A stretch of 64,000 bases of DNA, taken from positions 66,867 through 130,866 of the forward strand of contig CABXJR010000002.1 of NCBI GenBank assembly GCA_902512655.1, given 5' to 3'. Shown piece after piece: positions 46,491-57,899 of the stretch. This stretch comes from an uncultured SAR86 cluster bacterium. GTDB taxonomy: Bacteria; Pseudomonadota; Gammaproteobacteria; Magnimaribacterales; D2472. The notes under the pieces are model-generated. The model saw only the letters and a program-made list of their open reading frames with translations, was not told the DNA's origin and ran no database searches. A program made the translations under genes and the position numbers. Positions within the stretch are counted from its first letter, which is position 1. Each line of letters opens with the position of its first letter.

Positions 46491-46933
46491 GCAAAGATGG
46501 ATTCTCATACTCATCAAAACAAGTTGATGTAAATAAAAAAATTACCATAGTGGCGTCAAAATGGAATGCTGAGCTAGTTGATGAATTATTAGACTCAGGA
46601 AAAGCACATTTAGAAGAGCTTGGTTTCACTAACATAAAAACTGTACATGTTCCTGGTGCATGGGAGCTTGTCCATGCAGCTCAAAAAGAATTAACTGATG
46701 CAGATGGAGTCATTGCATATGGAGTGGTAATTAGAGGTGAAACAACGCATTACGAACTCATATCAGAATCAACTGCTCATGGATTAATGCAAGTCAGTGT
46801 GAATGCAAATAAGCCCATTGGCTTTGGTTTAATTGCTACTGAAAATTTATCTCAAGCTCAAGAACGCACCGATGCATCAAAATTAAACAAAGGTAAAGAA
46901 ATTGCTCAGTCACTTGTTGAAATGCTCAGCTAA
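46487..46933 (+). CDS. ribH: 6,7-dimethyl-8-ribityllumazine synthase
   Basis: 148 aa. VPGAWELV and GVVIRGETTHYELI are the lumazine synthase pattern. Confidence 0.93.
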   Translation: MSKDGFSYSSKQVDVNKKITIVASKWNAELVDELLDSGKAHLEELGFTNIKTVHVPGAWELVHAAQKELTDADGVIAYGVVIRGETTHYELISESTAHGLMQVSVNANKPIGFGLIATENLSQAQERTDASKLNKGKEIAQSLVEMLS

Positions 46934-46935
46934 AG

Positions 46936-47361
46936 ATGTCTAAAAACTTAGGGAAGTACAAACAAGAGCTTCAAACTCGTGAGTGCTTGGTTCAAGCAAT
47001 CTATCAATACATATTTCATGAATCAAATTTAAACTTTCTGATAGATCAATTCCTAAAAGAAAATACACCCAAAAAAATAAGCTTTAATTACTTCAAGCAA
47101 AGATTAGAAAATATTTTTGAACAATCAGATGACTTAAAAGAAATCACAAGAGATCTCAAGAATAATGAAGGTGAGAATCTAGAGATTATAGATGAAGCCA
47201 TTTTATGGCTTGGAATAGTTGAGATACGCGCTAATGAGTTGCCTCATCCTGTCGTGATTGATGAATGCATTCGCCTAGCAAAGAAATTTTCTAATCCAAG
47301 CTCTTATAAATTTGTAAATGCCAAGCTAGATGATTGGTTAAAGACAAACAAAGCAGACTAA
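46936..47361 (+). CDS. nusB: Transcription antitermination factor NusB
   Basis: 141 aa. It shows the NusB helical pattern (RECLVQAIYQ...) and follows ribH as in the canonical order. Confidence 0.88.
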   Translation: MSKNLGKYKQELQTRECLVQAIYQYIFHESNLNFLIDQFLKENTPKKISFNYFKQRLENIFEQSDDLKEITRDLKNNEGENLEIIDEAILWLGIVEIRANELPHPVVIDECIRLAKKFSNPSSYKFVNAKLDDWLKTNKAD

Positions 47362-47362
47362 C

Positions 47363-49594
47363 TTAGGAAGGGTAGTTAACGTAAATTGGGCTTGACCAAG
47401 CTCTATTTTCTGCAGGAGCAAGACAGTCTCCTCTATTCTCATGAACCCCTACTCTACATATTTCAGTTTTGATACATTTACCATTTTCATCAAATTCACA
47501 ACCCAATGGATCAGCAGAAAGTTTTAGCGAGGGCTCTTCGATGGCTCTAACATAATAAACAGCATCTCTTCGACCAATTGAGAATTGCTCGTCTTTAAAT
47601 GACACCTCGCAAGTTGTACTATTGCAAGGCAAAGTCTTCCATACATCTTCTACAAGGCCTTCAACTGGTTCATTTTCATATTGTTGTGGCAAAATTCTAA
47701 TAACTTCAATTCGTGTAATAACTCTTCTTTCATTACTAGGGTTGTAACATTCTGAATTACAAATCTTCTCTAAACGCTCTTTTGTTAATCCATTATTGCT
47801 GTATTCAGGACAACCAGGTTTTTGCTTAAGAGAGCCCGCTGCTTTTACAGTGAATACTGGTGATTCATTACTTTCAACTTCTGAGCCCATTGATAAAGAT
47901 TCAGATTGAGTTTCTGCATCAAACCACAAAAGAATTCTTGGTCCAGAAGTTGCATAAACTTCTTTTCTTTCTAGAGCATCCCAAATTGATTCTCTTTTTC
48001 TAGATGTTGAGTGAGCAGCAACTAGGCCTCCAGACATAAAGTATGCACTTTGTCTTTCAGCGTCCGTAGCTATATTTAAATCCATAATACTGCTCAAGTT
48101 AGTATTGCCCAAATCAACATAAGAGGGTTCTAATTCACCTTTTGGGCGCCTTAAATCGCTCATTTTTTCATAAAATGGGTCATTGAAACCATTAGCCTCA
48201 GTATTAAAAAGTCGATCAATTTCTTTATATCCTGTACCTGGTCGAGCACCATGATTATCGCTTGAACCAATAAACCCAAACTTAAAACGTTGTGGATTTT
48301 CTTTATCGGTAAAATCACTTAATGCTAAAACATACTGAGCAGAGCCTAGAGGCCTATAGTTAAATGATGGCAGAAAACAATCATTGCATTGCCCAGCATT
48401 TAAATAATCATCAGGATTTGTTTCATTCACTGCAGCATATCCTGTTGAGCCCATTTGAGCTGCAAATAATTTCGTTTGATCTACTAAATACTTACAAGTT
48501 TGATCATCCATCCCAGAGGTTTGGCATCTTTCAGCCATAATATTGCCAGCCTGTTGGCAGGTTGGTAAGAAATCTTTAGTTTCATCGGGACAAAAAAGCT
48601 CAACGTTTAGATCTATATCTGAATCATTCCAAGTTCTGTATTCTTCTGAGTTACCATGACCAGAATAAATTTCAAATAAAAATTGAGACTCATCGTCCTT
48701 AAAATCTTTTAATTGTTTTTTCCAATCAGATGTTGGTGGAGTATAAAATCCCCAAGTAGTGCCATGAGGAATTACCATGTAAGGTGTATCCCAATCTTTC
48801 AATTTCTGAAACAAAATATTTGGATTAGTTGCCTCCTCGTAACAATTCACAGGAAGATCTCTGGTATTAACTCCTTCAGGGCATATAGGCGTTGCTTGGA
48901 TTTCGTCAAAAAATTTGTCGAACGCGAAGAATCTATCTCTATTTTTGAAATCTAGAGTTGAAGGCAAAGCAGACATTGTCCATGGCAAACCAAGTCTCAT
49001 TACCAATGGAGCAACTCCTCCCGAGCCAATTGCTCTTGGTGGAACCAAAGCATCATCGGTTTCTAAAAAAATAACATTTTTATGTCCATAATGATTTTCT
49101 GGATTCGGATCAACCTGAGTCCACTCCCATCCTAAAAAGCTAACTAAATCATCTGTCCCTTCTGATAAATTATTACATTGTTGAATGCTTTGTTTTGTAT
49201 CCAGCCATTTTCTTGGAGTGCTAGCTTCAGCATGATCGTTGATAGACCAAAAATCTAAAGCTGAACAAAATCTTGCGTAATCACATGCGTCTGCTAATGG
49301 GGAGGCTCCTTTACCATTCATAAAAGGCAAAGACCACATGAATGCGTCTGTTGAGTAGGTTGTATGAACATGTAGATCACCAAAGAGAATTTGTTTTTCA
49401 TCCAAAACCTCTAATTCTGATTTCACCAGATTAATCCTCGTGGCTCTATCTTGAAGTGCTTTTTCTGGAAGAACTCTTCCCTCAATAACTCCAGGCCCAT
49501 CCAATGTTCCAAAAACTTTTAAAACTGCGCCTCCAAAAAAAATAGCTACAGTAAAAATAAAAAGTAGAACGAGTGAAGTTAGAAGGTTTCTCAT
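47363..49594 (-). CDS. Exported Cys-rich PHP-like metallohydrolase-fold protein (DUF3604-like), function unknown
   Basis: 743 aa. It has an N-terminal signal/anchor (MRNLLTSLVLLFIFTVAIFFGG) and an early GDLHVHTTYSTDAF motif, as in PHP/DUF3604 proteins. About 28 Cys residues are spread along the chain. Confidence 0.6.
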   Translation of the reverse strand: MRNLLTSLVLLFIFTVAIFFGGAVLKVFGTLDGPGVIEGRVLPEKALQDRATRINLVKSELEVLDEKQILFGDLHVHTTYSTDAFMWSLPFMNGKGASPLADACDYARFCSALDFWSINDHAEASTPRKWLDTKQSIQQCNNLSEGTDDLVSFLGWEWTQVDPNPENHYGHKNVIFLETDDALVPPRAIGSGGVAPLVMRLGLPWTMSALPSTLDFKNRDRFFAFDKFFDEIQATPICPEGVNTRDLPVNCYEEATNPNILFQKLKDWDTPYMVIPHGTTWGFYTPPTSDWKKQLKDFKDDESQFLFEIYSGHGNSEEYRTWNDSDIDLNVELFCPDETKDFLPTCQQAGNIMAERCQTSGMDDQTCKYLVDQTKLFAAQMGSTGYAAVNETNPDDYLNAGQCNDCFLPSFNYRPLGSAQYVLALSDFTDKENPQRFKFGFIGSSDNHGARPGTGYKEIDRLFNTEANGFNDPFYEKMSDLRRPKGELEPSYVDLGNTNLSSIMDLNIATDAERQSAYFMSGGLVAAHSTSRKRESIWDALERKEVYATSGPRILLWFDAETQSESLSMGSEVESNESPVFTVKAAGSLKQKPGCPEYSNNGLTKERLEKICNSECYNPSNERRVITRIEVIRILPQQYENEPVEGLVEDVWKTLPCNSTTCEVSFKDEQFSIGRRDAVYYVRAIEEPSLKLSADPLGCEFDENGKCIKTEICRVGVHENRGDCLAPAENRAWSSPIYVNYPS

Positions 49595-49615
49595 ATGTCT
49601 CCAGAATTGATAAAG

Positions 49616-50839
49616 CTAAGCTCTATAAATTGTTTGATCTCTTGATGGTCCTACCGAAACTATACCAACAGGACAATCCAAAGTCTCTTCAATAAATATT
49701 ATATAGTCCTGAGCAGCTATAGGTAAATCATCAAAAGATCTAGCATTAGATGTATCCTGCTTCCAACCAGAGAATGTTTTATAAATCGGTTGCTGATTTT
49801 GGTCATAATCAATACACACTTGAATTTCTTCAAAGTCATCTAGAACATCTAATTTTGTGATGCAGAGATTAGTAACAGAGTTAATAAAAACAATGGTTTC
49901 TAATGCCTTCAAATCTAGCCATCCACATCTTCTTGGACGGCCAGTTGTTGCGCCAAATTCATGTCCAACCTTTGCCAATTGCTCTGCATTGGAATCAAAT
50001 AACTCGGTAGCAAAAGGGCCTTCGCCAACACGAGTAGTATATGCCTTGGTAATTCCCAAAATAGAATCAATATGTCGTGGGCCCACACCCAACCCTGAAG
50101 ATAAACCGCCTGCAGTAGTGCTGGAAGAGGTGACATATGGATAGGTTCCATGATCAATGTCTAACATAGAGCCCTGTGCACCTTCAAAAAGGATGTTCTT
50201 ACCCTGTTTTACCCAAAGCTTTAAGAGATCCTGAGTTTTACAATGATATTTATTGTAAAGATCTATATTGCTTGTCAACTCTTCTAAAACATCCTCAAAG
50301 GCTATAGGTTGAGCATTGTATAAATTCTGTAAAATTTGATTATGATAATTAACCAATGTTAATAACTTTATTTTGAGCTCTTCAATATTTTTTAAGTCTC
50401 CAAAACGCACTGCGCGTCTAGCAATCTTGTCTTCATAGGCTGGGCCAATTCCTCTTCCAGTTGTCCCAATGCCCTCTTGTTTATCTCGCACCTTATCAAT
50501 AGCTATATGAGTGGGCAGAATTAATGAGCAATCTTCACTGACATAAAAACGGTCTTTAAAACTAATATCACTGTCTTGTAATTCCTGAATTTCTTTGGCC
50601 AAAGCTGGAAGAGATAAAACCAAGCCATTACCCAAGACACAATGAACTGAAGGATGAAGAATGCCTGAAGGAACTAGATGGAGGACTTTTTGCTCACCAT
50701 CAACTTTGAGTGTATGTCCTGCGTTATGGCCACCTTGAAAACGACATACTGCTTCAGAAGTTTCAGCCAAAGCGTCTACGATTTTTCCTTTGCCCTCATC
50801 ACCCCATTGCAAGCCCAAGATAAGGGTGTTGTTGCTCAT
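49616..50839 (-). CDS. purA: Adenylosuccinate synthase
   Basis: 407 aa. It carries the GLQWGDEGKGKIVD P-loop and the GTTGRGIGPAYEDK motif. Confidence 0.96.
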   Translation of the reverse strand: MSNNTLILGLQWGDEGKGKIVDALAETSEAVCRFQGGHNAGHTLKVDGEQKVLHLVPSGILHPSVHCVLGNGLVLSLPALAKEIQELQDSDISFKDRFYVSEDCSLILPTHIAIDKVRDKQEGIGTTGRGIGPAYEDKIARRAVRFGDLKNIEELKIKLLTLVNYHNQILQNLYNAQPIAFEDVLEELTSNIDLYNKYHCKTQDLLKLWVKQGKNILFEGAQGSMLDIDHGTYPYVTSSSTTAGGLSSGLGVGPRHIDSILGITKAYTTRVGEGPFATELFDSNAEQLAKVGHEFGATTGRPRRCGWLDLKALETIVFINSVTNLCITKLDVLDDFEEIQVCIDYDQNQQPIYKTFSGWKQDTSNARSFDDLPIAAQDYIIFIEETLDCPVGIVSVGPSRDQTIYRA

Positions 50840-50845
50840 AGAGTA

Positions 50846-51715
50846 TTAATTATTGCCTTTGGACTTATTCAAGTATTTAAAGAAATCAGACTTAGGATCA
50901 ATAAGTAAAACATCTGATTTATTATTAAAAGTCGCGTCATAAGCTCTCATACTTCGAGTAAACTCATAAAATTCAGGATCCTTAGAGAAGGATTTAGCAT
51001 AAATTGCTGCTGCTGTAGCATCGCCATCTCCTCGAATTTGTTCAGAAGTTTTGTAGGCTTCTGCAAGAATAATAACTCTTTCTTTGTCTGCAGTGGATCG
51101 AATTTCATTTGAAAGCTCATTTCCTTCAGCGCGCAATTCCTCAGCTAATCTATTTCTCTCTGAACGCATTCTTTCATACACAGAGTTACTTAGCTCAGGC
51201 GGTAAATCAATTCTTTTAACTCTAAAATCAATGATCTCTATACCTAGGTCAGATACAGAATTTCCTAAATTTTTTCGCATGTCGCTCATCAACTGGTCCC
51301 TTTCACCTGAAACTAATTCGGTTACTGTTCTTCTACCAAATTGATTTTTGAGTTCAAATGCAGTTCTTTGTCCAAGCAAATTATTTAAATTAATAAAACT
51401 TCCACTAGTAGCATCGTAAAAAATTCTAACGTCAGTAATTCGATATTTTACGAACGAATCAACAATAAGGTATTTGCTCTCTACTGTTAATATTCTATTG
51501 GGCTCTTCATCAAGAGTTTGAAGTCTTGAGTCGTATTTTTTTACATTCTGGATAATTGGTAATTTAAAATTTAAGCCAGTTGGAAGATCTGATTTGATGG
51601 CTTCACCAAATTGAAAAACTATTCCGTCTTCTTTTTCATCAATAATAAATAAGCTATTCAGTATTAATGCAAGAATAAGTCCTGCAAGAACCAAGAGATT
51701 CATTCCTTTAGTCAT
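50846..51715 (-). CDS. hflC: Protease modulator HflC
   Basis: 289 aa. It has an N-terminal anchor and an SPFH/band-7 domain, and follows hflK. Confidence 0.9.
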   Translation of the reverse strand: MTKGMNLLVLAGLILALILNSLFIIDEKEDGIVFQFGEAIKSDLPTGLNFKLPIIQNVKKYDSRLQTLDEEPNRILTVESKYLIVDSFVKYRITDVRIFYDATSGSFINLNNLLGQRTAFELKNQFGRRTVTELVSGERDQLMSDMRKNLGNSVSDLGIEIIDFRVKRIDLPPELSNSVYERMRSERNRLAEELRAEGNELSNEIRSTADKERVIILAEAYKTSEQIRGDGDATAAAIYAKSFSKDPEFYEFTRSMRAYDATFNNKSDVLLIDPKSDFFKYLNKSKGNN

Positions 51716-52752
51716 TAGTCTTCCTCCTGTGGTCTGTTTTGCTCAAGAATTTTGTCTAATGGGAGGTACATAAGATTATTGCCTCCTTCGACATCCATCA
51801 AAACTTTTGTTGAGTTGCTATATAGACCTTGTAAAGCATCTAGATAAAGTCTGTCTCGAGTAACTTTTGGCGCTTTTTGATACTCCGCTAATAATTTATC
51901 GAAACGTACAGCCTCTCCTTCTGCATTAGCCACGACCTCCTCTCTATATGCTTCGGCGGCCTGAATTCTAGCAAATGCTTGTCCTCTGGCTTCCGGAACA
52001 ATCGAAAGTCCATATCTATCAGCTTCATTTTGTAATTTTTCTTTATCCTCTCTTGCTGCAACAACATCATCAAAAGAAGCTTTTACAGCAGAAGGTGGAT
52101 CAGTTTTTTCTATATTAACCTGCTGCACTACAAGCCCAGTTGCATATAAATCTAAATAGCTTTGAAGTCTTGAATTAACATCTTGCGCAATCATTTCACG
52201 ACCAGTTGTAAGAGTTTCCTCAAGGGTATTATCCCCAACAACATGTCGCAATGAGCTTTCCGTGGCTTCTCTAAGGCTGCTTTCTGGATCGCGGACATTT
52301 AAAACGAAATCTTTTAGATTTTTGATTCTGTATTGAACAGAGATAGTTACATCAACTAAGTTTTCATCCTTAGTAAGCATGTTTGCTGTCTGTGAATAAC
52401 GTCTGGTTAAGGCTACATTTTCGACATATCTTTCATCGATTCCAGCTAACATAAAGTTTAAACCTTCGCCGGTTTCTGAATGATATTCACCTAACCTCAA
52501 AACGACTGCTCTTTCAGGAGAGTCTAATTGATAAATAGACATACTCGCATAAATAACTAGCAGTCCAAAAAATCCATACAAAAAAGCTTTTTTTGTAGGA
52601 AAGTTAAATCCGTTCCCACCAGAGGAACCATTGGAGCCTGAGCCTTGTTTTCCAAACATGACAGAAAACTTTTTTATCAAATCATCAAACGAAACTTCGT
52701 CTTGATCTTTTCTGCCCCACGGGTCTTGATTGTTTTGATTATCCCAATTCAC
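51715..52752 (-). CDS. hflK: Protease modulator HflK
   Basis: 345 aa with a GTG start. It has a Gly/Ser-rich N-terminus, a TM helix and an SPFH domain. It overlaps the hflC start by 1 nt. Confidence 0.9.
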   Translation of the reverse strand: MNWDNQNNQDPWGRKDQDEVSFDDLIKKFSVMFGKQGSGSNGSSGGNGFNFPTKKAFLYGFFGLLVIYASMSIYQLDSPERAVVLRLGEYHSETGEGLNFMLAGIDERYVENVALTRRYSQTANMLTKDENLVDVTISVQYRIKNLKDFVLNVRDPESSLREATESSLRHVVGDNTLEETLTTGREMIAQDVNSRLQSYLDLYATGLVVQQVNIEKTDPPSAVKASFDDVVAAREDKEKLQNEADRYGLSIVPEARGQAFARIQAAEAYREEVVANAEGEAVRFDKLLAEYQKAPKVTRDRLYLDALQGLYSNSTKVLMDVEGGNNLMYLPLDKILEQNRPQEED

Positions 52753-52812
52753 TTAGATACCTATAGTTATAAAGTTTAATTATAAATTTAATTTGGGGGT
52801 AAATCCTTAGAA

Positions 52813-53766
52813 TTAAACTATTTCAAGCAAATTAAGTTGCTTTTTTAGTTGCTCAGCAGCTTGTTCTGCCTGATGAAGATCAAAATAGATCAAATTTTTC
52901 CATCCTCTCATCCAAGTACATTGTCTTTTAGCAAATTGGCGTGTGGCAAAAAGAGATTTTTCAAATAATTTAGATTTTTCCAACTTACCCTCAACTACTT
53001 GCAATCCTTGTCTATAATTTATTGCTTTCATTGCGGGATGTTCAGCAGAAAGATCAAAAATATTTTGAATATTAGTTATTTCTTCAAGCAATTTCTCTCC
53101 AACCAATGTCTCCTGTCTAGACTCTATTCTTTCATGAAGCTTTGCCCTGTCCTCGGGAAAAATTCCAAACTCTATTAATGTATATTTTTCTTTTAATTCA
53201 CCAGTCTGTTCAGATAAAAGATTTTCATTCAAGCTCCTGCCTGTTGAGGTGATGATCTCAATTGCTCTTACAATTCTTTGAGAGTCATGAGAATCAATAT
53301 TTTTTGCCGCTTCAGGATCAAGCCTCTTCAGATCTTCATGCAGGGCATCCACTCCATTTATAAGAATTTTTTTCTCCAAATCCTCACGAAGAATTCTATC
53401 AGCTGGGGGGAGAGTGCTCATTCCTGTTTTTAAAATATTAAAATACATCATGCTGCCGCCAACCATTAATGGAATCTTATCTCTAGCATGAATATCATTA
53501 ATTATTTTCATGGCTGAGTCATAAAAATCTGCAACAGAAAATATAGAATCCAAAGAAACATGATTTACCAAATGGTGAGGATGTTTTTTCAAGATTGCAT
53601 TTGAAGGCTTGGCAGATCCAACATTGCATTCCTTATAAACCATGACAGAGTCTACGCTTATAATTTCTAAGACTTCAAATTGATTTTGCCAGTTAATGGC
53701 CCAGTCTGTCTTCCCAGACGCGGTTGGGCCTAAGAGGAATATTATGGGCTTTTTTATAAGTTTCAA
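52813..53766 (-). CDS. miaA: tRNA dimethylallyltransferase
   Basis: 317 aa. It has the P-loop LLGPTASGKT and the IPPT family pattern. Confidence 0.93.
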   Translation of the reverse strand: MKLIKKPIIFLLGPTASGKTDWAINWQNQFEVLEIISVDSVMVYKECNVGSAKPSNAILKKHPHHLVNHVSLDSIFSVADFYDSAMKIINDIHARDKIPLMVGGSMMYFNILKTGMSTLPPADRILREDLEKKILINGVDALHEDLKRLDPEAAKNIDSHDSQRIVRAIEIITSTGRSLNENLLSEQTGELKEKYTLIEFGIFPEDRAKLHERIESRQETLVGEKLLEEITNIQNIFDLSAEHPAMKAINYRQGLQVVEGKLEKSKLFEKSLFATRQFAKRQCTWMRGWKNLIYFDLHQAEQAAEQLKKQLNLLEIV

Positions 53767-53772
53767 ATACTC

Positions 53773-55343
<1,571 letters not shown>

Positions 55344-55404
55344 ATCAAAGGTATATTTAAATTAATGTAATAATACATTCTTTAATTTTTATGTACTCAT
55401 AATA

Positions 55405-56259
55405 TTGATCAGGTTAATGATGACATTATGGCAAGGTCTTTGCCATCTACCAACTTCATGGCATCCAGCAATAGGAAAATACTGTGGCAAGCTCCTATTT
55501 ATTATTGCTAAGAAGAGAAAAGAAATTGCGCAAGCAAATATTGAAGCATGCTTCCTAAATCTATCAAAGGCGGAGCAACAAAAACTCTTGCAGGATAACT
55601 TTATGTTCTTGGGAAGATCATTTATAGAAACAGGCATAGCTTGGTTTTGGTCAGATAAAAAAATACAAACCAAAGTTGATTATGAGGTAATTGGTTTAGA
55701 TCTTTTATCTAATAATAATTCTAATGATGGAAACTTAATCATTTTCAAGCACTCCCAACATCTAGAATTAGATGCTCGTCTTTTTGCCATGAATACTGAA
55801 TTGTATGGAGTCAGCAGACCGCATAATTCTATTTCAATGAATGCAATTCAAGATAGAGGACGGCTTTCAAGCATGAAAGGCACCGCAGATAAAAGTAATC
55901 CACGAAAATTTATGAAATGGCTAAAGACTGGAAAGAGCGTTATGTATGCGATAGATCAAGATTATGGGTGGAATCATTCTGTTCAATTAAAGTTTTTTAA
56001 TCAAGCGGCTGCTACCATCATCACCACTAGAAAGATCATTGATGCAACCAATGCTAATTTATTATTTTTAAATTCATATTATAAAAATAATAGATTGATT
56101 CTTAAGTTAGAATTAATTGATCATATGGAGCTGAATTCTGAAGAGTTAGCGCAAGAAATTAATGACCTGATGCAAGACAAAATTCTTCTACATCCAGCTG
56201 AGTATCTATGGGCACACAGACGATTTAAATCTACGTTAGGAAAAGACTTTTACAAATAA
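55405..56259 (+). CDS. lpxL: Lipid A biosynthesis (Kdo)2-lipid IVA acyltransferase (LpxL/HtrB family)
   Basis: It is colinear with E. coli LpxL: NIEACF...ETGIAWFW...YAIDQDYG...PAEYLWAHRRFKS. The true start is probably ATG 55417 or 55420. Confidence 0.88.
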   Translation: MIRLMMTLWQGLCHLPTSWHPAIGKYCGKLLFIIAKKRKEIAQANIEACFLNLSKAEQQKLLQDNFMFLGRSFIETGIAWFWSDKKIQTKVDYEVIGLDLLSNNNSNDGNLIIFKHSQHLELDARLFAMNTELYGVSRPHNSISMNAIQDRGRLSSMKGTADKSNPRKFMKWLKTGKSVMYAIDQDYGWNHSVQLKFFNQAAATIITTRKIIDATNANLLFLNSYYKNNRLILKLELIDHMELNSEELAQEINDLMQDKILLHPAEYLWAHRRFKSTLGKDFYK

Positions 56260-56260
56260 T

Positions 56261-56866
56261 ATGGACTTTGAACAATTAAATAATCTTAAAGGGTTCATGC
56301 CAAGCCATGAGGGATTAGCATTAACAAAATGGGCAAAAGAATTTTCAAATTACGGCCCAGCACTAGAGATTGGTACCTTTGGAGCTAAATCCACACTTTA
56401 CATAGCAGCTGGGAGTTCAACCCATAGCCAGCTCGTTTATACAATAGATCATCATTCTGGTTCAGAGGAACATCAACTAGGTGAAGAGTATTTTGATTCA
56501 GAGATTTATGATAAAAAATTAGGTCGAGTGAATACGGTGCCTTTAATGCAAGCAAACCTTCAGCAATTTGATGAGAGCAAATGGATAGTGCCAATTCTTG
56601 CAAATGCAAACTCTATTGCGCCTTCATGGGGAATAGAATTAGGGTTCTTATTCATTGATGGCAGTCATACTAAAGTATCGGCAATGAATGATTATGATAA
56701 TTGGAGCTCTAAACTCCACCCTCAAGGAGCATTGGTAATTCATGATATCTATGAAAAACCTGAAGAGGGTGGGCAGGCGCCATTTCTAATTTATCAAAAA
56801 GCTTTAGAGGAAGGGTTCCAACTATACGAACGAGTTGATACGATAGTTTGCCTTACAAAGACTTAA
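56261..56866 (+). CDS. Class I SAM-dependent methyltransferase (cation-dependent O-MT-like)
   Basis: 201 aa. EIGTFGAKST resembles a SAM-binding loop. FIDGSH and VIHDI are acidic/His positions like those in Methyltransf_24-type O-methyltransferases. Confidence 0.7.
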   Translation: MDFEQLNNLKGFMPSHEGLALTKWAKEFSNYGPALEIGTFGAKSTLYIAAGSSTHSQLVYTIDHHSGSEEHQLGEEYFDSEIYDKKLGRVNTVPLMQANLQQFDESKWIVPILANANSIAPSWGIELGFLFIDGSHTKVSAMNDYDNWSSKLHPQGALVIHDIYEKPEEGGQAPFLIYQKALEEGFQLYERVDTIVCLTKT

Positions 56867-57899
56867 ATTGTTCCTTTAGAAATAAATCAGCTCCAGAGGT
56901 AAGCTTATTATTTGCATCTGCAGCAAGAATGCATGCTGCTGAAGTCCATGAAGGCGTTTCATCTGGCCAGTAAATATTTTCATTAAACTGCCAACCCATA
57001 TAAGGTATGCCCTTGCTATCAACTATTGAGATAGCATTTTGAAGCAATTCTAAAGCAATTTTATCTTTACCAATTTTTTTATAAGCAATAGAACACTCGC
57101 AAGTCTCAGCAACTGTTACCCAGGGTTCATCTGATACACATTTTATTCCTAGACCTTTGATCCAGAATGAATTTTTGATAATTTTTGTTAAAGATGCGAT
57201 TCTTTGTTTAGAATTTATTCCGCCCAAAATGGGATAATACCAGTCCATTGAAAACCTACTGCGATCTTTTTTTAAGTCAAAAATATTACTGGGGTTTTCA
57301 AGCGCCCTGATTAATTTTGAATGTGCAGCTTTCCATTCTGATTCATAACGTTGGTGCTCCAAAACTTGGGAAATAGCTATTGCACACTCAAGACTTTTAG
57401 CAATAGAACTGCAGCCAGTTAAAAGATAGTCCTCATCAATTTTTGCATACTCATCTATATTCCATGCAATTGCCCCATTTTTATGCTGAAGAGAAAGAGA
57501 GAATAAAATACCCTTCTTAACTGACTCCCAAAAATTTTTTAGAAAATTAATATCATTATTAAGGAGATAGAAATGCCATACCGCAACAGCAATATATGAA
57601 GAATAATTGCTCTGCTTATTAAGTTCTAATGGTTCATCATTTTGATATAAGTTATACCAACTACCATCTTCATTTTGATTGGCGATCATCCAATGCAAAC
57701 CTTTTAGAGCCTGAGTGTTATAGCTCAAAGTAGTCAGCCCCATGACAGCCTCAAGATGGTCCCATGGATCATGGGAACCATCTTTATTAGAGGGGATAGC
57801 TCCTGAAAGAAGTTGGACATCTTTTAAAAACTTACCTAAATGATTTAGACCCCCAAGAGAACTAGGATCAATATGAGATATATTTGGAAAGTTTTTCAT
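56853..57899 (-). CDS. alpha/alpha-toroid (six-hairpin) protein: glycoside-hydrolase-like or prenyltransferase-like, function unknown
   Basis: 348 aa. It has repeated helix-turn signatures rich in W/G/D: NEDGSWYNLY, QHKNGAIAWNI, SMDWYYPILGG, KGIPYMGWQF, PSWTSAACILA. Confidence 0.45.
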   Translation of the reverse strand: MKNFPNISHIDPSSLGGLNHLGKFLKDVQLLSGAIPSNKDGSHDPWDHLEAVMGLTTLSYNTQALKGLHWMIANQNEDGSWYNLYQNDEPLELNKQSNYSSYIAVAVWHFYLLNNDINFLKNFWESVKKGILFSLSLQHKNGAIAWNIDEYAKIDEDYLLTGCSSIAKSLECAIAISQVLEHQRYESEWKAAHSKLIRALENPSNIFDLKKDRSRFSMDWYYPILGGINSKQRIASLTKIIKNSFWIKGLGIKCVSDEPWVTVAETCECSIAYKKIGKDKIALELLQNAISIVDSKGIPYMGWQFNENIYWPDETPSWTSAACILAADANNKLTSGADLFLKEQFKSL

